From Octopus vulgaris (Eukaryota): a stretch of 64,000 nucleotides of DNA. Of this stretch, positions 55,488-64,000 are shown one piece after another. A model generated the notes under the pieces. That model ran no database searches, was not told where the DNA came from, and worked only from the letters and a program-made list of their open reading frames with translations. Every line of letters begins with the position of its first letter. Position 1 is the first letter of the stretch. The DNA lies in NCBI GenBank assembly GCA_951406725.2, contig OX597815.1:101804001-101868000 (forward strand). The letters run 5' to 3'. The position numbers and the translations under genes were made by a program.

Positions 55488-58339
55488 ATATAGTAAAAGA
55501 TTTTGAACCAACGTGCCGTGTGTTTGTAAAGCGAATTTCTTAATCTCAATTAACCCACCTCATCCCACACCTACTACACGCATATACGTTAGTATCTACT
55601 TTTAAAAAATATCTTCTAATTTTTGCTTGGAAAAACTATTATATTTTAACAGACTTATTTTACTACATAGTTTTTTTCTATTTTCGACGTTAGTTAACTA
55701 GTATTAAAAGACATTTCGTATTTTCCTTTATATATATACTTATCATGGACATCCATAAAAACATATAGAAATATCTATCTATTAAATGTTTCTGGTAAGT
55801 TTACACACCGACCATACGACTACTTGTGAAGGCGAATCTCATAACATATGTAAATCTATCAACGTTTTCCATATAAAAGAGAAGGGATTTCTATGTAGGT
55901 TCACACACTGAGTTTATCAAATTAACATTGTTTTCCTTTTTTTTTTCTCTCGTGCTGTCTTGAATATATATCTGCCAATATGATGCTTTATTTTAGAAAT
56001 GAATTAAAGAATAAAAGGTTTTAGAGACAGAATATAGTTCTAGCTACTTACTGAAAAATCAGGCAAAAGGAGTCTGTGTTACGAGTGCTATTAAAAAGGA
56101 AGTTCGCTATTTCGAAGTGTGATCGTTTCACTGAGAGCGCTCAATTGTCAGCTTATGTACACAAACCCCAACTTCCAACAAACAGGTCAATGTTAGTGAA
56201 ATGGTCGAGTGAGTGCACTTCTTAGGTTTAATAATCAATGGCACCAGTCGGTCAATTTAGCAAAAGTATAAAGCATCAAAAGTACCAATAAAAGAGATAA
56301 GAGAGAAAAGGGTCTGGTGTATTTACGTTTTGAAAATTATTTCTATGAACAGACACGTCGCTCTACTCACTCCCCTCTCCTTAGCTTACATTATTACTGT
56401 TGTACTTACAATAGAGTAACACAACTAGTCTCATAGACATGTACGTTGCCGATGGTCAGTTTTCAGTGAATAATGCCTGAAGGTCAAAACAAAAGTTGCA
56501 TTTAATATGACACGAGCTTTAATGGTGAAATTGCCGGGGTTATACATTGAAGTCACGTGGCGCAACGGAAAGAGAAATTCTTGTCAGAGCTGAAGAGTAG
56601 ACATGTGTTGATGATAATAGTGAAGTAGACATCAGTTTTAAGCTGAAGTCTCAATAGTTCACTCCGAGGGCAAATATGAAAAACGTTTCTTTAACATTAC
56701 TCTAAATGTTATTGTTGTTCTTGTCGCTGACGTTGTCGACACTGTCAGAAAGAAAGAAGCAACTACTAATATAACAACCCTTTCTCTTCAACAAAGAACT
56801 TTATCCTATACAGCAGCAGCAGGTGCAAAGGGCTTGTAGCGATCAGTCATTGAAGCAGCTCTAGAAGAAATGTGAAAAATAAATAAATAAATGAAAATAA
56901 CAATAGAAATAAAGAAATATAAATAAAAATAAAAATAGAACTATACCGTCCCAATAATATATTGTTAAATATTTTTAATACCAGTTCATCCAAAAGCGGA
57001 AACAAAAGCCACTGATGAGCAATAAATAAAAAGTAGGTGCAGGTATAGTGTTTTATCCAATAACACTCCACGTAGCAGCATTTTCTTTTCCTTTCGTTAG
57101 CAGAGCGTCTTAGATGTATCCGTTTTCTTTCGAACTCTTCGAAAGTAAAGTTGCTCTTTCGCCCTAGATCAGCCCCGACTGAGTTAACCTTTAATGAAAG
57201 GAGTTTCGACTTTGACCATCTAATCTTTTCCATTCTCTCTCTTTTTTCTTTTTTATCGGAGATTCCATTGTTTAATGTGTCCTTCTCTGTTTAAAAGAGA
57301 GACGGATATATTAAACAATGGAATCTATTTAAAAGAGAAGGGTGATGTGAGAATTATTTAGATATTATTTCTAGCATGTCGAGTGACTGTGAAGAAGCTC
57401 TCTCATGCTCAGTGTAAAACTTCGGTGAAGCTATTAAATTTTAATATTTCCCCAATGCTTTAAACTGAATCTTAATTAATTACCTCAAACACAGATGACG
57501 GTGGGGAAAAGGGAAACAACTGTGCTATTCTGTGGTTGAAGGAAGGAGGGAAATGAAGTGAAACACCTAGTAAAAAATAACACATCCACAGTCTATCAAC
57601 AATAAAGAAGAAACAAACTTTATTTTGAACTGGAAACTACACCTATGATGTAGGTAAACTGCTTGGCTACGTGGCAAAACAATTTTACTGCATGTCATAT
57701 ATTATGTTCATATTTAATGAATGAACGGCCATTAAGAATAAGATTACTTTTGAATAAGATGGACAAAGACATCATTCGCTGGAGTAGAGATTGAAAGGAA
57801 GCCAAATGCATTATTGTTACATGACTTATTGTAAGATGACCCTGGTATAATTTGTACTCAAAACGTAGAGAGATAAAAATAAAAGTTGCAAAATAGCTTT
57901 CATCCAGTCCGTTCAAATCGAGATCTAGAATCAAAGACATTCCAGCTGTGACGATATCACTTTTGTTTTAAACATACTATATTGATATCTTAATATACTA
58001 AGGACTTCGCTTAAGGAAGATATAGCTGCTATTTCTTGCAGGAAATGCGATTGCACAGACATTCACTTCTTGGCTCGGAACAAATAAAAAGAAAATGCAT
58101 TGCATTTAGTTAGGTGATCTAGAGATTTTGTCAACTCATCAATTTATGTGTGTGTGAATGTGTGTGTGTACGTGTGTGTGTGTGTTGTGTGTGAATGAGT
58201 GAGTGAGTATATACGTGATTTGTTTGGCAAACGGGAACGTGAAACTCTGAGTAGAAGTTTTTTGTGAGGTTTTTTGCAGCTTTAATAATGAAGTATATAT
58301 ATATTAACACATACACACACACAGACACTCCCCCCCATA

Positions 58340-58930
58340 CACACATCTGGCTAAATTTGACGGTTTGCATAAAAGGAAAAGAGAACACCGTATTTCATCC
58401 CAAAATAAAAGTATTTTAAAAACTCAAAAAGTATCAACTAGATTATAGTTGGAAGATAAAAGCTTACTCAAAGTAGTAGCTCTCAGTTTCCACTATAGCC
58501 TCAAGACAGATTCGGAGCCTGAGGCATGCTTTCCTCACTACGCTTCTAGGAACATCTTCGAATACCTCCTTGATCTTGGCCAACAGATCGGCCTTGCTAA
58601 TGCAGTTAGAGCGGCTGGTATCTTTCTCAAACACGCTCCACATATTAGTAATCTACGGTATTACAATCGAGAGGATTAGGGGGCCAGCAATTGGTGCTGG
58701 TGATGTCATCGGAATTCTCTGACAACCACTTCTGACTCTTTCTCGAGGTACGGCAAAGGGCCGAATCTTGTTGCCACCCATATAGCCTTCCAGCAGGTTT
58801 GATCATAACCTCCAGCAGCTTCCACAGCCAGGGTTTGATCATAACCTCCAGCAGCTTCCACAGCCAGGGTTTGATCATAACCTCCAGCAGCTTCACATAG
58901 CCGCCTGAATGGAGCCTAAGACCATGTTCA
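58340..58930 (-). mobile_element. DD37D (maT-like) Tc1/mariner-superfamily transposase 3' relic
   Basis: WQQDSA...WPPNPLDCNTVDY has 37 residues between the last two catalytic Asp positions. Contains a 36-bp triplication at 58796-58895. Confidence 0.75.
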
Positions 58931-59178
58931 AAGATTTGGGGATAAGCTCCGCTGTACAGACGCAGTCAGAACACCTGCTGAGTTCCTTTCTGATGACCCC
59001 GCGTTGAGTAGCAGTCATGATGTCGGCATTTTGATGCCCAACGCTATACAGGTAACACTTTTTCAATATTTAGATGGCTTCGAGTCTTGCATGTCAGGTA
59101 ACGTTTTACAGCTACAACTTTTATCGTTATGACCTCCAATGCCGTCGACTGTTCACCAATATATCAATACCAATATCG

Positions 59179-59247
<69 letters not shown>

Positions 59248-59264
59248 TGAATATATGCAGTTCC

Positions 59265-59425
59265 TGCTAATGAAAATCCAACGTAAAGGTGATCATGGGT
59301 GAAGCAGGGCTTTTCAAGGTGTAAATGAACGACCGAAAATGTTTGCCCTTCCAATTTGTTGATGGTCATGGCAAAACTATGACTTACTGGAAATTGGATT
59401 CGTTTGAATTGAAATGGGGCATCGT
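59265..59425 (-). mobile_element. Helitron Rep/Hel PIF1-helicase C-terminal relic
   Basis: PFQFKRIQFPVSHSFAMTINKLEGQTF...PCFTHDHLYVGFS matches the PIF1 motifs FAMTINKSQGQT and HGQLYVAxSR. Confidence 0.85.
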
Positions 59426-60221
59426 CTCCTGAATCTGTGCAACAGAGTCTCTTGTGCACTTATCATCTAATCGATGCATCCTATGCTCCGGTACCTCTCG
59501 AAAACGTGTGACAGAGGCACGTGTTCGTATATCATCTACTCTATTCCTTCTCTATTCAGGTGTCTCTTGAGCTCGCCGCCGATGCCTTGTGAGGGTCCTT
59601 CCACTCTGTCACCCAAATGAAATTCCTTACACACATCTAATACACACATACACACACACACACGCACACACACACAAAACACTGACACGCACACATACTG
59701 ACACTCGCGCGCACACGCACGCACACATACAAGCACACACATACTCAGCATGAGCGGTATACTTATACAGAGGAAGAGTGAGAAAGAAAGAGTGTGCTGA
59801 ATATATATAGAGAAGGGGGAAGTTTACAATGAGAAAAGCATAAACGACAGAGACCGATAGACAGATAGAAAGATGTGACTTGCTTTGTTGTTGTTACAGA
59901 TTTTGAACTTTTAAAATAAAATGAAATTTTCAAATTTAGTATATTGTAATTGTTCACGTTGAATCCGATTTTGTGAGTCATTTATTCCAGAAAAATTTTA
60001 GAAAAATGTTACAGAGTTTAAAATTTGATAATTTTTGCCCAATTCGAAAACAGGTTTTGGAAGCTGCGATTTTCTGCGTGAAAGCAAAAACATTAAGACT
60101 GCGAAGATTAAACAAAATGAGAACAATTCCATATATCAAGAGAGAGCTGGGGAGAAGCATGTGTGAGAGACATACACATACAGAGAAAGAGTGAAAGAGA
60201 GAAAGAGAGAGAGAGAGAGAG

Positions 60222-60262
<41 letters not shown>

Positions 60263-60462
60263 GGTACATATATATAGAGAGAGAGAGAGAGGGAAAGAGT
60301 AAAAGATAGAGGAATACAGATAGACAGATAAAGATGAATAAACAGATAGAGAGAGGTAGGTTCGTTTATATGAAAGTTGAGTTAGTTCTCGTAGTAGATT
60401 ATATTTTCATTTATTATAATAAATTAAAATCTTCTTGGGACGCAGATACACACATGCACACG

Positions 60463-60508
<46 letters not shown>

Positions 60509-60694
60509 GAAGGTGAAAGAGAAAAGAAGACAAACAAACATGGGCAAAGAGAGAGAGGCAGACAAAAGTCTTTAGCGAGAAAGCTGGTGGACGGGCAGTC
60601 AAGCCAGCAGTATGAGAAATATAATAAGGAATTAGAGAAGGAATAAAAGAGATAGTGCAAGTAAGAGAAAAGGAACAGAAAGAGTGTACATGTA

Positions 60695-61001
60695 ATTCTT
60701 TTATTCTTTTACTTATTTCAGTCATTTGACTGTGGCCATGTTGGAACACCGCCTCTAGTCGAACAAATCGATCCCGGGACTTATTCTTTGTAAGCCTAGT
60801 ACTTATTCTGTCGTTCTCTTTTGCCGAACTGCTAAATTACGTGGGCGTAAAAGCACTAACATCGGTTGTCAAGCGATGGTGGAGGAGGGGCAAGACAGAC
60901 ACACAAATACACACACACACACACATTAATAGTTAATATTTTTTACTGTTATGGGTTTTTACACATGCTAAGCCACTGATATTATTATAAACAATGATAT
61001 C

Positions 61002-61095
<94 letters not shown>

Positions 61096-61258
61096 CGACG
61101 GGCTTCTTTCAGTTTCCGTCTACCAACTCCACTCACAAGGCTTTGGTCAGCACGAGACTATAGTAGAAGACACTTGCCCAAGTTACCACGCAGTGGAACT
61201 GAACCCAGAACCATTTGGTTCGGAAGCAAGCTTCTTATCACACAGCCGCTCCTGCGCT
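60695..61258 (-). mobile_element. SINE family A, full length with inserted internal sequence
   Basis: Head GCGCAGGAGCGGCTGTGTGATAAG at 61258 and tail ...CATGGCCACAGTCAAATGACTGAAAT at about 60715. Confidence 0.88.
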
Positions 61259-61572
61259 TCCTGTAAGAAGAATGAATAGATAAAACTTATATAAGTAAGA
61301 TAAATTGATGTCAAAGATCAAGTGATTAAAAGAATGACAGAAACTAAAAGAGAGAAAGAGAAAGAGGAGAGAGAGAAAATGAGTGAGAGAGAGAAATTGC
61401 ATATGGAGGGGAGACGTTAGGAAATGAAGAAAGGAAGTACACCCGGAGTGAGAGAACTCTCATTCTTCCTCTGTGTATGTGTGTGTGTGTGTGTGTGTGT
61501 TTGTCTTTGTGTATATGCGCGAGCGTGTTTATAGGTAGATAGATATATAGACTGACAGACAGACAGACAGAC

Positions 61573-61642
<70 letters not shown>

Positions 61643-62919
61643 GTGAAGACAAGTAAGTGTGAGGAAATGAAGAGAGGACTTTCCAAATATATAACAGACG
61701 AAATCGTTTTGTTGCTATAGAGAAACTGTTGGGCTTCGAACTACAGAAAGAGAACAAACATTGCCACTAGAAATATGTGCTTGATATGAATTGGGGGAAA
61801 GCGCTATTGTAAAACGACAAGAAACACAAGAAAAGACAGAAGCAAAGCTCCAGGTAAAATTTGTAAGTTTAACTGAAGGAGGGCAAGTTGAAATGTAAGC
61901 AGGACTTAAATCAAAAAGATTCAGATGCACCTGAAAGACAAATAAATCCGATCATTTTTGATGGACACAACGTCAGTATATACATATTCTATCTCTTTAG
62001 TTTTACATGTTAGATATTTATAGAATATCTATGAATTAGGTTAGTGTCTGTGATCTATGCGGTTATTCTACTTCATGCTGAGAATATTTATACAGTTAGA
62101 ACAAGATATAATGATGATTGGATTTCCAGTGGTTTGCATATATTTCCAAATGTTAAATGACTGTGTTTAATGCTCACCATATGTGATGGTTCGTTAGACG
62201 TTTGAATAACTCGTACTAGTTTCTCCACAGCCCTCTCACTACCATTATACTGTGTATATTATTTTATGAAGTGTCCCTATGGTCTTTGCAATCCTCCTAG
62301 ACTGGTGACATCAGCGCAGAAGTTATTCAAGTGGAACAGCTGCAAGGAAAACATAAGCAGAGAGGAAATTCTAGAGCAGTGACTATTTTGGAAGAAAGAT
62401 CTGAGCAAAATGGTTAGTGGGGAAGTGAGCAGAAAAAATATGGATGGTGAAAGAAGAAAAGACCAGTGTGTAAAGCATGTCTGACAGTAGAACAAGATCA
62501 ACCAGTTCCGAGCAGCAAAAACCGTCGTAGTAGTAGTGAAAGAAGAAGAGCGAGGAGACAGCAGGTATATGAGCAGACACTGGAGTTATTTCTTTTGTTG
62601 CTTTTATAGAATTTCTTAGTCGTGCATATCGGTGTTATTGTCAATATTGCAGTTGTTATGGACACTTTCCAATAAGTTATTTTTAAAATATGACTTAATA
62701 CTTGCTTATTGAAAGTTCTTTGCTATAGACTTCTGAGTGACGTTGTTTGGTATGTTTCATTAATGTTTATATGCAAAGAGACATTTTTGTAGCAGTCACC
62801 TTCTCTGTAGTTATTGGCTTGTAACTTAGTAATTGTGAAAATTGATACGTACAGTGTTTAGGAAGTGAAACATGAGACTTGAATAACAGAGGTATTAATA
62901 ATTGTGTCTATTTTAAGTA

Positions 62920-63665
62920 CACGGCCAGCATTTTGAAGGGAAGGTGCAAGTCGATTACATCAGCTTCAGTACTTGACTAGTAATATATTTTATCGACACT
63001 GGGAACATGAAAGGCAATGTTGACCCTCACTGTATTTTCGGCCACGCGTAGAAGCCCGGAGCAAATAATAGAAGGTATTTTTTCCCGACGATCTAACGAT
63101 TCTATTAGTTTTTCACCTTTAATATTTTCCGAATTAGGCACAAACCCTGGAATTTGGGGAGAGGAAACTATCATCGTCTCTAGCGCTTGACTTATTTTAT
63201 CGACCCCGAAAAAATAAAAGGCAAAGGTGACTTCAGTGAATTTGAACCCAGATCAAAAAGAGTCGGAAAATATACTGGCAAATATTTTCCAAAATGTTCT
63301 AACGATTCTGTCAATCTATTCCCCCACTGATAGGGTTAGTCGATTACATCGACTCCAGAAGTTGACTGGTCCTCATTTTACCGATCAGGAAAGATGATAA
63401 GCAAAGATGACCTCAGTAGAATTTGAACTCAGAGTGTAAGAAACATGAACAAATACCACACAATATTTACCAGTATTCCGACACTCAAACAATCGTTTTT
63501 TAATCCAATTCATTGCTCATGATTTCTGAATTAAATTCAAAGCCAGCAATTTTAAGAGATGGATGATAGTTGATTGTAATGATCCCAGTATTTGACTGGT
63601 ATTTTATTTGACCAACCCCGAAAGGGAGAAATACCTCAAAGCGTTTCTTCCAGCGCTGTAACATT
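62920..63665 (-). mobile_element. Cluster of about 4 old SINE B copies in the same orientation
   Basis: Recurring GTCGATTACATC...GACTGGT...TTTTATCGAC...AAAGGCAA...ATTTGAAC segments. Confidence 0.7.
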
Positions 63666-64000
63666 TTCTGCCAGTCCACAATAATAATAGTTGTTTCTAT
63701 AACAAATGAAGGCTTAAATATTTCTTACGATACTGTTTACGATACTTTAATGTCAAACAGGAGAGATAACATAGTACAACAGTCTATCGCCCAAAACAGT
63801 CGCAGATTATTTGTTTACAAATATTAATACGAAGTCAAGTTGTTATAGTTTAGTCCCTGGTGAGGCTTGATCAAACAGCACTATCACCAAAAGCATTCCA
63901 AATATGATATTATCTTCTTTTAGGCATAACACATCTAGAACTCCATTATCAAGTGTACTTTTACTTTCTTAAAATGGAAGAGTGTTGCTTGTGGGTGATT

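Noticed and set aside
58796-58895. 36-bp repeats (also the 28-bp and 20-bp triplets at 48695 and 39862) as possible CRISPR arrays
   Set aside because: They are head-to-tail with no spacers, in a eukaryotic transposon context, so they are simple tandem duplications.
61715-61945. Minus-strand exon after acceptor TTTGTCTTTCAG
   Set aside because: Acceptor-like site only, with an unrecognisable peptide and no linked exons.
62280-62530. Possible RTE-clade LINE 3' relic
   Set aside because: Only a faint resemblance, and too decayed to support.

Overview
AT-rich, microsatellite-dense eukaryotic DNA with no confidently identifiable host protein-coding gene. The repeat repertoire resembles an octopus or other coleoid cephalopod genome (inference). 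It includes two very abundant tRNA-headed SINE families, (TAA)n-embedded R4/Dong-type LINEs, CR1/L2 and Tx1 LINE relics, and Tc1, mariner, DD37D, Tigger, hAT and Helitron relics. Most ORF-track entries are microsatellite artefacts. The most notable signal is non-coding. Three sequence-unrelated small elements each carry a type I hammerhead ribozyme fold: 19399-19469 (+), 34186-34236 (-, with a U3-A8 core covariation and a long G.U-rich rod) and 54947-55040 (-, whose core pairs with an opposite-polarity CUGACGA). Two of them lie in terminally redundant units of 427 and 356 bp, as expected for retrozyme-like elements derived from circular or tandem RNA. Also seen: a LINE/SINE shared 3' stem-loop with compensatory changes, a tail-to-tail pair of Dong LINEs sharing an inverted TAA tract, a fold-back element, and weak candidate micro-exons and promoters. 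All folds and alignments were done by eye.
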